This document shows, piece after piece, positions 52,425-60,621 of a stretch of DNA of 64,000 bases (within the stretch, counting starts at the first letter, position 1; each line of letters begins with the position of its first letter). A model generated the notes under the pieces. That model worked only from the letters and a program-made list of their open reading frames with translations. It ran no database searches and was not told where the DNA came from. A program made the position numbers and the translations under genes. The stretch lies in IMG/VR virus record IMGVR_UViG_3300023179_005186, positions 251,723 to 315,722 of that record. One strand, 5' to 3'.

Positions 52425-53078
52425 ATGATTCAAGAATCTGCAAATATTTCTTTATTTATACAATTTATAACTGGTATAATTGATTTTTACGGGTTAAGTA
52501 TTGATGTACCAGAAGATAAACAAATCTTTAAAGAATTATTAAAAATTGAACTAGGTGTACAGACTGTAGAATTTTTCTATTATTATTGGATGGTAAATAA
52601 TTTATCATCTTCTAAAAATATAACTCCTACTAGATATTTTGATTGGATTATAACAACTCCAACAATGTTGGTTACTTTAATGGCATATTTAGATACAGGT
52701 AATACAAAAAATATAAATTCATTTATTAAATCTAATGAAAATATTATTGTAGAAGTTATTGTTCTAAATCTTTTAATGTTAATTTTTGGATTAATTAGTG
52801 AAATAAATCTATTAAATACAAAAACTGCAGTTGCGTTAGGATTTATTCCATTCGCATTATACTTTAAAATTATTTATGATAAATATATTACTAAAGATAG
52901 TACAATTGATCAAATTGGAATGTATGTATTTTTTGTTATAAGTTGGTCAATGTATGGAATAGCTGCTTTATTGTCTTACGATAAAAAAAACACTATGTAT
53001 AATATTTTAGATTTATTTGCTAAAAACTTTTTAGGTATTTTCTTAGTATATATACTTTGGACCAATAGAATCAAATAA
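52425..53078 (+). CDS. Viral (microbial-type) rhodopsin, group 1/VirChR1-like, DTT motif
   Basis: Seven hydrophobic helices; TM3 RYFDWIITTPTML; TM6 WSMYG; TM7 YNILDLFAKN with the retinal Lys; TM2 ELGVQTVE. Confidence 0.93.
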   Translation: MIQESANISLFIQFITGIIDFYGLSIDVPEDKQIFKELLKIELGVQTVEFFYYYWMVNNLSSSKNITPTRYFDWIITTPTMLVTLMAYLDTGNTKNINSFIKSNENIIVEVIVLNLLMLIFGLISEINLLNTKTAVALGFIPFALYFKIIYDKYITKDSTIDQIGMYVFFVISWSMYGIAALLSYDKKNTMYNILDLFAKNFLGIFLVYILWTNRIK

Positions 53079-53080
53079 TT

Positions 53081-53737
53081 TTAATTATACTCTCTAAAAT
53101 ATTTTAATGAATAAAAAGTAGTGTTTTTAACAATTATTTTTAAATGTTTTTTATCTAATAAATTAATAAATTGTTCAGTTAAATATCTTTCATTAATAAA
53201 ATTTAATCCAGTATCAGCAAGTTCATCTTTTGAAATATTTTTAATAGCATCTTTTCTTAAAATACTAAATCTAATTATATAAATAATTATATTTTTATAA
53301 TCAATAAAATCATTTTCATCCTTAGGAATAAATCTTTTAATTCCTTCTAAAACTGAATAAACTTTATCTATTAAATTATCTTCTAATGTATCCACTTCTA
53401 ATTCTTTTTTTAATAATTCAAAATCGTCTTTAGTTGGTACTGAAAGAAAATCATCATAACTAATTTCAATAATATCTTCTGAATCAAAACAATAATTATC
53501 CCAAATAACTTGTTTATTAACTTTATAAAATTCATTAATAATATTTATAATATCCAAAGAATAAATTTCTTCTGATATATTTTCCTCAATATATTTTTCT
53601 TTTAACTCATGTATAAAGTTATCAAAAAAATTATTATTTTCAATACAAATACCAGATTTAACTTTAGTGATATAATCTTTTTGATAATTTTCAATTATTT
53701 CACAAATTTTTGGAGGATAAGAATAAAATTCACTCAT
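53081..53737 (-). CDS. Hypothetical acidic protein
   Basis: 218-aa ORF. Confidence 0.55.
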   Translation of the reverse strand: MSEFYSYPPKICEIIENYQKDYITKVKSGICIENNNFFDNFIHELKEKYIEENISEEIYSLDIINIINEFYKVNKQVIWDNYCFDSEDIIEISYDDFLSVPTKDDFELLKKELEVDTLEDNLIDKVYSVLEGIKRFIPKDENDFIDYKNIIIYIIRFSILRKDAIKNISKDELADTGLNFINERYLTEQFINLLDKKHLKIIVKNTTFYSLKYFREYN

Positions 53738-53788
53738 TTTAATATATTAAATAAAAATATTAAAAATTTATAAATAAAACACAATAAT

Positions 53789-53986
53789 TTAGTTATTTAT
53801 ATAATAAAAATTATCATTTTCACAATATGTTTTTCTACAAAATTGTCTAGGATTAGTTGGACCCATATCTTGACCACATATAATACAATGCCATGAATCA
53901 GTTAAAATATTATATCCTCTTATTACAATTACTTTTTTTTCCATAATTGATTTATAAAATTCAGTAATTAATGTCTGTCGTTTCAT
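53789..53986 (-). CDS. Small zinc-binding protein
   Basis: WHCIICGQDMGPTNPRQFCRKTYC; AAAATTGA at 54024-54031. Confidence 0.7.
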   Translation of the reverse strand: MKRQTLITEFYKSIMEKKVIVIRGYNILTDSWHCIICGQDMGPTNPRQFCRKTYCENDNFYYINN

Positions 53987-54096
53987 AATTATTATTATTT
54001 ATATAATTATAATTAATTATTTTTCAATTTTTATATTAAATTTTAGTGTAATATACCAACCAGTCATATTATATTTTATATAATTATTATATATAA

Positions 54097-54357
54097 ATGC
54101 CAAATTGTAGTTGTCAAAATTCAAAAATTAATACTAAATACAATAATCAATTAGTTGATTCTGTACCTACTTGTTCTTGTAGATTAAAAAAATTATCTAA
54201 ACATATATCCAATAAAAAATACAAATGCTCTAAAGATATTTATATTCCATTTCCAGTAACTAATAATTATTGTGATGGACCAAAAGTGTTAGGTATATCA
54301 CAAGGAAATGTTGAAATTGCATCTAAAGCTTGTGATAACATTAATGATTATTATTAG
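54097..54357 (+). CDS. Small Cys-rich protein
   Basis: Two CSC motifs plus three further Cys. Confidence 0.55.
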   Translation: MPNCSCQNSKINTKYNNQLVDSVPTCSCRLKKLSKHISNKKYKCSKDIYIPFPVTNNYCDGPKVLGISQGNVEIASKACDNINDYY

Positions 54358-54377
54358 ATTTTATAAATAAAATTAAT

Positions 54378-54713
54378 TTAATCAATACATTTATCATAAA
54401 TTATATAAGAATTTAATTTTTTTTCATCTATTTTGTACCAATTAAATTTATTTTTTTTTACATAAATTATAATTAAACCATATTTTTTTGAATTATAAAG
54501 ATAATAATAATAATTTAAGGTTTTATATAAGAACATAAAAGTTTCTGATATTTGTTTAATTGTATTAAACAGTTGATATTCAGTATAAGATAATTCAATA
54601 TGATTTAATAATGGATAAAATTTACTTTCTTTAATATTCATTTTTTCTATTGTAATAATGTAATTTTTAATTTCTTTTTTATTAAAATTTTCAATATATT
54701 TTTGAAAATCCAT
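54378..54713 (-). CDS. Hypothetical protein
   Basis: 111-aa ORF; AAAATTGA at 54752-54759. Confidence 0.5.
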   Translation of the reverse strand: MDFQKYIENFNKKEIKNYIITIEKMNIKESKFYPLLNHIELSYTEYQLFNTIKQISETFMFLYKTLNYYYYLYNSKKYGLIIIYVKKNKFNWYKIDEKKLNSYIIYDKCID

Positions 54714-54825
54714 TTTTTTTCTTATAATAAATTAAATAATTAAAATATTATTCAATTTTTATTTATTAGTAATCTCTAATGTGTTTTTTTTTTAAATATA
54801 TTTTATTTTATAAATTTAATGAAAA

Positions 54826-55281
54826 ATGAAAAATAATAAAAAACTTAGTAACATTAAAATATTAATTAAAAATGATATTTTAATATTAAATTTTAAAAAT
54901 AATTTTTCGCTTATGAATGCTATTCTTGATCCTATATCTAATATATACGAGGAAACATATTATAATAGAATTGGTCATAATTTTCCTTCTGAATATATTC
55001 CTAACAATCATATTTTATCTCAATACAAAAATAAATGTAAATATGTAATTGGTATATCAAATTATAAAGATTTATCTCATGAACTAGCACATGCAAAATT
55101 TTATTTAGATAGTGATTATAGGAATAAAATTATTATTGAGTGGAATAGCTTAGATTTATATAAACAAAATTATTTATATAATTTCCTTAAAAAATTAGGA
55201 TATTCGGATAAAGTAATAATTGATGAATATCAAGCATATAAATATACTGAACCACATAATTTTTTTGGTATAAAATTATAA
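54826..55281 (+). CDS. HExxH zinc-metallopeptidase-like protein
   Basis: GHNFP, HELAHA, DEYQAY as candidate third ligand. Confidence 0.6.
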   Translation: MKNNKKLSNIKILIKNDILILNFKNNFSLMNAILDPISNIYEETYYNRIGHNFPSEYIPNNHILSQYKNKCKYVIGISNYKDLSHELAHAKFYLDSDYRNKIIIEWNSLDLYKQNYLYNFLKKLGYSDKVIIDEYQAYKYTEPHNFFGIKL

Positions 55282-55312
55282 AAAGTTTTTGTATATATAA
55301 ATTAAAAACTGA

Positions 55313-55564
55313 ATGAATAAAAAATCATTATATTATAAATTTTTATTATGTTTAATACATTTTTTTCAAATGAATTTAGGTAAAGAAGATTGTGAAGATA
55401 TAAATTATAATAATTATAATTGTAATAATTTACAAGAAGATCTTATAACTGAACCAAAAATTAATAATTTAGATAATATTTCTGACAGATTTTATAGTGT
55501 AGATTTAGAGGATAAATGTTATAATAAAAATAATTTGAATTCAAACATAATTTATAATTATTAA
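55313..55564 (+). CDS. Hypothetical protein
   Basis: 83-aa ORF with a TTAA stop overlap. Confidence 0.4.
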   Translation: MNKKSLYYKFLLCLIHFFQMNLGKEDCEDINYNNYNCNNLQEDLITEPKINNLDNISDRFYSVDLEDKCYNKNNLNSNIIYNY

Positions 55565-56085
55565 TTAACTTTTTTATGTAATAATAAAGATTTTTTATAT
55601 ATTTTTATTGCTTCTTCTTTATCAAAAATATTACCTATTTTTACTTCTTTTTTTTCTAAATCTTTATAATGTTTATAAAAATAAATAACTTTTTCAATAA
55701 ATAATGCAGGTAAATCATTAATTGAATTAATTTTTGATTCATTTGGTGATACTTTTTTAGATGGTACTAGAATTAATTTAGCATCTTCACCTTTTTCATC
55801 AGATGTTTCTAAACATCCAATAATTCTACATTTTATATAACAACCTGGTATTAATTCTTGTTCCATATAAATTAATGCATCTAATGGATCACCATCACCA
55901 CTTAATGTTTGTGGAATAAAACCATAATTAAATGGAAATAAAAAAGGTGTGTACAAAATTCGGTCACAAATAATTGTATTTAAAATTGGATCAAATTCAT
56001 ATTTAATATTACTATTTTTAGCAATTTCAACATAAACTAATACTTCATCAGGATTAATTTCATTAATAAAACTTAATTCTTCCAT
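55561..56085 (-). CDS. ppa: Family I inorganic pyrophosphatase
   Basis: VEI, KYE, DR, NYGFIPQT, DGDPLD, DEKGEDAK, YKDLE. Confidence 0.95.
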   Translation of the reverse strand: MEELSFINEINPDEVLVYVEIAKNSNIKYEFDPILNTIICDRILYTPFLFPFNYGFIPQTLSGDGDPLDALIYMEQELIPGCYIKCRIIGCLETSDEKGEDAKLILVPSKKVSPNESKINSINDLPALFIEKVIYFYKHYKDLEKKEVKIGNIFDKEEAIKIYKKSLLLHKKVN

Positions 56086-56117
56086 TTTTATATACTATTA
56101 TATAAATTATTTTTAAA

Positions 56118-56957
56118 TTATTTGCACAAGTTTTGAATACCTTTTGAATATGCATAAGGACTATTACCATCAGGACTAGTTGAATCAATATCAGCATCCC
56201 ATGTCATTACTCCTAATAAACCTTTATCAATTGCAAAAGTTGTTAAATTAAGAGCATCTTCTAAACTTAAGTTTCTATTCATATCATCTGATCCAGGCAT
56301 TAATCCAAGAATCATTTTACTAGGATCAACTTTCCAATTATCTAAATAAAAATTTAAATCATATTCTATTTGATTAGAATATGTAGATCCAGATTCAACC
56401 CATAAATCATATTCCATTGGTTGCCAAGCTGATAAATTTCCAATTGTAAGATTAAGTAAAGTTTGTTGATAACATCCTGTAGCCCATGCTTGGGCAGGTG
56501 TAGTTAAACTTATATATAATCCAGAATTTAGATTTCTTAAAGTATTTATTAGAGATGCTGCTTGTAATGCAAAATCAGATGGTACCACAGAATATGAATC
56601 TTCTATATCAAAGTCAACACCATCAAATCCACATTTTTGAACTATTTCATTTATATTTGAAGCTAAATCGCCTGGTCTTAAATATAAATCAGAGTTAGCA
56701 AATGGATAAGTTGCACCACCAACTGATAAACTAATTTTACTACCATGAGAATGAACTAAATTAGTAATTTCTTGAACTTCATTCATTGATATATTACCAA
56801 ATCCTGGAATATAATCAGTTGAATCAAAATTAAAGCTTGCAAAAGCTAAAATAATTCTAGTTTCAGAATTCAAAACAGAATTATTTATCATATCTTGAAC
56901 TTGTATCAATGGATCAGTTCCCCAAGTTGTAACGTAAGTAGAATAAGTTAAAGTCAT
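56118..56957 (-). CDS. GH18 chitinase-like glycoside hydrolase
   Basis: LAFA, SLSVGG, FDGVDFDIE (DxDxE), PMEYD, GVMTW. Confidence 0.92.
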   Translation of the reverse strand: MTLTYSTYVTTWGTDPLIQVQDMINNSVLNSETRIILAFASFNFDSTDYIPGFGNISMNEVQEITNLVHSHGSKISLSVGGATYPFANSDLYLRPGDLASNINEIVQKCGFDGVDFDIEDSYSVVPSDFALQAASLINTLRNLNSGLYISLTTPAQAWATGCYQQTLLNLTIGNLSAWQPMEYDLWVESGSTYSNQIEYDLNFYLDNWKVDPSKMILGLMPGSDDMNRNLSLEDALNLTTFAIDKGLLGVMTWDADIDSTSPDGNSPYAYSKGIQNLCK

Positions 56958-56991
56958 TATAAATTATATATTTATAATAAAAAATTTATGT

Positions 56992-57456
56992 TTAAAAAAA
57001 TATTTTTTTATAAAATTCATTAATATCACCTAAAAATTTGTTATCATCAAAAATCCACGAGTCATTGTCATATAAATATTTTGGATCATTAATATATTTT
57101 TTATATATTAAATCTAATGTTTCTTTTGAAAATGAATTTTTATTTATAAATATTCCTGTTTTTTCATTATGTTTCATATCTTCAATTAATAAATAATTTT
57201 TATGATTTTTAGGTCCTATTATATAATAAAATGGCTTATATTTGTCTATCAATTCTAAATTTATTAAATCAGCATCATAATGTATATATGTTTCAAATAA
57301 ATCTTTATCTAAATTAAAAAATTTTTTAGAATTTTTTTCTGGTAAACTATCACTATCACATAAAAGATTTAATCTAAATTTTTTTAAATTATTATTTTTA
57401 ACAAAAAATGTACTTACAAATATTATATTTAATAAAATAAATAATATTATTAGCAT
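56992..57456 (-). CDS. Hypothetical protein with an N-terminal hydrophobic signal
   Basis: 154-aa ORF; AAAATTGA at 57508-57515. Confidence 0.5.
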   Translation of the reverse strand: MLIILFILLNIIFVSTFFVKNNNLKKFRLNLLCDSDSLPEKNSKKFFNLDKDLFETYIHYDADLINLELIDKYKPFYYIIGPKNHKNYLLIEDMKHNEKTGIFINKNSFSKETLDLIYKKYINDPKYLYDNDSWIFDDNKFLGDINEFYKKIFF

Positions 57457-57558
57457 TATTATTTAATATATTTATTTTTATTTTTAACTATTTTTAATAA
57501 TTAAATTTCAATTTTTTATAAATTTGATAAAAAGAATATAATAATTTATATATATAAA

Positions 57559-58134
57559 ATGAATTCTATAAATCAGGTAAGAGAATGGATTAGATATTTT
57601 AATGCTAATATTTATAATCGTGAAAAAAAAATATATACTTATGAATATGCTATTGATATTTCAAAAAGAATTATTGATAATTTAATGGAAAAAAAATCAG
57701 ATGATATAATATTTATAGGTACAACAATAAGAACAGATTTTTATGAAAAATCAAATAAAGTTATTCATACATTAGTTTTAATTACTTATAAAGTTTATGA
57801 TAATAAATATTATGTTATAAATAATTATTATAAAATTGATGATAAAATTACAATTGATTATTTACATTATATATATTGCAAAAAAATGGTTAAAATGAAT
57901 CTAGATGATTTAATTCTTGATGAATATTCTTATTATGATGAAGGATTTTTTTATAAAGGTAGATACGTTAAAAAAAGATATAATTATATAAAATTTAAAA
58001 AAGAGCAAACTTTTGTTTATTATAATGGTCTTTACATAAATGATAATTTCAATACAAATAAAATAAATATATTTTATCCTAATTTTTCTTCAAAATATCT
58101 TTCAACAAGTATTTCTATTTTTGATATGTTATAA
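57559..58134 (+). CDS. Hypothetical Tyr-rich protein
   Basis: 191-aa ORF. Confidence 0.5.
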   Translation: MNSINQVREWIRYFNANIYNREKKIYTYEYAIDISKRIIDNLMEKKSDDIIFIGTTIRTDFYEKSNKVIHTLVLITYKVYDNKYYVINNYYKIDDKITIDYLHYIYCKKMVKMNLDDLILDEYSYYDEGFFYKGRYVKKRYNYIKFKKEQTFVYYNGLYINDNFNTNKINIFYPNFSSKYLSTSISIFDML

Positions 58135-58169
58135 ATAATCTAAAAATAATTTCTTATATTATTATACTT

Positions 58170-58370
58170 ATGCAAATTATAAAAAATCTTTTAAAAAAAT
58201 TTTTACCATTAAATGAACTTAAACCACTTGGTAGATGGAATATTGATTATTGTAATAAAAAAATTAATAAAAAAATTGATTTATCTAATGAAGATCATTG
58301 TGGACCATGTGGACAATATAGAACATTTATTATAAAAAAAAATATAAATGATAAAATTAAAAATTTATAA
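58170..58370 (+). CDS. Small LGRW...NEDHCGPC protein
   Basis: Motif-like LGRW and SNEDHCGPCG segments. Confidence 0.65.
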   Translation: MQIIKNLLKKFLPLNELKPLGRWNIDYCNKKINKKIDLSNEDHCGPCGQYRTFIIKKNINDKIKNL

Positions 58371-58384
58371 ATATATATATATAT

Positions 58385-59464
58385 ATGAATTACGAACAAA
58401 AATATTTAAAATATAAAAATAAATATATTAATCTAAAATTAAAAATTAAACAAAAAGGAGGAGATGATCCAATAAAACAAACTACTAATACTGTACAAGA
58501 AAATACTGTACAAGATAAACCGGTACAATCAACTGAACAAAATTACTTAATTGTATCACATAATACAAGAATAAGATGTTTTATAAATACATTATTAGAT
58601 GCAAATAATCAACAATTGAATATTGTAAAAAAAATATTAAATATTATAAATATAACTAATCAAAAAAAAGAAACAGAAATAAGATTTCAAAATGGTGCGG
58701 TTCTTAAATTAACTTTAAAAGCAAATTCTGATATAGGTACATTAGAACTATTTCATAGTGGTGAAGTTACTGATGCAGATAGATTATATTTTGACAAAGT
58801 TAAAGGAAATAAAAGAATAGAATTTCCCAAAATTGAATTTGATTATGTTAAAAGTTTTAAAATGGATAAATTAGAAAAAAATATTAATTTTTATTTAGTT
58901 AGACATGGAGAAGGTGTCCATAATAATCTTAGTACAATTGAAAAAGGTATAAATTTTATAACAAGATCAGGTAAGGATCCAAAACTTACAGCTATTGGAA
59001 TAGAACAAGCAAAAAAAACAGGTGAAGTATTAAAAGAAATTAATTTTAGTAAAATTTTTGTATCTAAATTAGAAAGAACGTGGGAAACTGCTTATTGGAT
59101 ATTGAAAGATAATATTAGTAAATCTAATGTTAAAATAAATTATATAGTATTACCATGCTCTCATGAATTAACTAATTATTCAGATACAAAAAATTGTGAT
59201 GAAGCTAATTCTGGTGTTCCTGTTGGAACTGAAAATATAAGTAACTGTGAATCAATATTATCTTCTAGAATAGAAAAATGTGATGAATTTAAATATAATA
59301 ATGAAACAATTAAAATAAATTGGTTTTATTACAATGAATTTTATTCAGAAAAAATACAACTCTATGGTGATTTTGGTGCAGTACAGTCTGATACATATAA
59401 AAAAAGTAATAATAAATGTAGAGATTCGAATATGATACTTCAAGCATTAATTACTTTAGATTAA
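58385..59464 (+). CDS. Histidine phosphatase (PGM family), circularly permuted, with an N-terminal KYLKYK tag
   Basis: LVRHGEG, DPKLTAIGIEQA, SKLERTWETA; LIVSH lies N-terminal to RHG. Confidence 0.8.
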   Translation: MNYEQKYLKYKNKYINLKLKIKQKGGDDPIKQTTNTVQENTVQDKPVQSTEQNYLIVSHNTRIRCFINTLLDANNQQLNIVKKILNIINITNQKKETEIRFQNGAVLKLTLKANSDIGTLELFHSGEVTDADRLYFDKVKGNKRIEFPKIEFDYVKSFKMDKLEKNINFYLVRHGEGVHNNLSTIEKGINFITRSGKDPKLTAIGIEQAKKTGEVLKEINFSKIFVSKLERTWETAYWILKDNISKSNVKINYIVLPCSHELTNYSDTKNCDEANSGVPVGTENISNCESILSSRIEKCDEFKYNNETIKINWFYYNEFYSEKIQLYGDFGAVQSDTYKKSNNKCRDSNMILQALITLD

Positions 59465-59483
59465 AATTTTTATATAAAAATTT
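59464..59483. terminator. Perfect 20-bp palindrome between convergent genes (possible hairpin-rule 3' end signal)
   Basis: AAATTTTTATATAAAAATTT is its own reverse complement; A/T only, so chance cannot be excluded. Confidence 0.35.
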
Positions 59484-60498
59484 ATTTTATTTCTAATAAT
59501 TTTTTTTTAAGATTAGGTGATGCATATTTTAAAAAAGATTCAGATCTTTTGATTGCTAATGATACTATTTCTAAATTATTTTTAAGATTAGGAGATACAT
59601 ATTTTAAAGCTGAACCACATCTTGAAACAGCGATCATTGTAATATGAAAATTATTTTTAAGATTTTCAGAGGCATATTTTAAAACTGCTCCGGATTTTTT
59701 AACAGCAGTATGAACAATCTTAAAATTATTTTTAAGATTATCAGAGGCATATCTTAATGTAGATGGGTCTTTTTTAACAGCAGTATAAATTATTTTAAAA
59801 TTATTTCTAAGATTTTTAGAAGCAAATTGAATAGAATTACTAGAATTATTAATAGCAGTTAAAACAATTTTATAGTCATTTTGTAGATCTTCAGAAATAA
59901 ACTTTAAAGCATATCCATCTTTTTTAACAGCAAACATTGCTATTTCATAATAATTTATTATTGTATTTGAAACATATTTTAATGCAAAAATACTATTTTT
60001 AATTGCATTTAATACAACTTCTGGATCATTTTTAAGATTAGGAGAAGCATATTCTAAGGATAATCCGCATTTACTAACTGCTGTTAATACAATTTCTTTA
60101 TCATCTCTAAATTGTTCAGGAACATAATTTAAATATGAACCAAACATTTTTACTGCAGTTAATGTGATTTCTCTATTAGATTTTATTCTATAAGATAAGT
60201 TAGAGTAATTTAATTTATTATTATTTAAAGAATATATTACAAATTGTATTTCTTCTAAATTTAATGGTATTTTATTATAAGTATTTTTTATTAATTCTTT
60301 ATCTTCATCAGATAATTTATTTCTAAATGGATCTTCATCATTTTTCATACAAATAACCCATTTATAAATATTTTTAACATTATATATATAATTATTAATT
60401 TTTATATTTTCTTCGGGTATTATCACTTGAAATAAAATTGGATCAATAAATTTACCTTCTTTATTTTTTTCATTAAAAATTACTGTTTCATCATCCAT
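59482..60498 (-). CDS. DUF4116-repeat protein with a U-box-like N-terminus
   Basis: About nine 25-aa repeats (IV.TAVK...L.YAS.NLKNN); FIDPILF...IYKW...DPFR; AAAATTGA at 60550-60557. Confidence 0.8.
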   Translation of the reverse strand: MDDETVIFNEKNKEGKFIDPILFQVIIPEENIKINNYIYNVKNIYKWVICMKNDEDPFRNKLSDEDKELIKNTYNKIPLNLEEIQFVIYSLNNNKLNYSNLSYRIKSNREITLTAVKMFGSYLNYVPEQFRDDKEIVLTAVSKCGLSLEYASPNLKNDPEVVLNAIKNSIFALKYVSNTIINYYEIAMFAVKKDGYALKFISEDLQNDYKIVLTAINNSSNSIQFASKNLRNNFKIIYTAVKKDPSTLRYASDNLKNNFKIVHTAVKKSGAVLKYASENLKNNFHITMIAVSRCGSALKYVSPNLKNNLEIVSLAIKRSESFLKYASPNLKKKLLEIK

Positions 60499-60621
60499 TT
60501 TTATCTATATGTTTTTTTTTTAATATTAATAAAGAAATAATTATAATTTTCAATTTTTTATAAAAAATTTAATGAATATATTTGAATATTTATTAATATT
60601 ATTAAATTATATAAATCTTTA

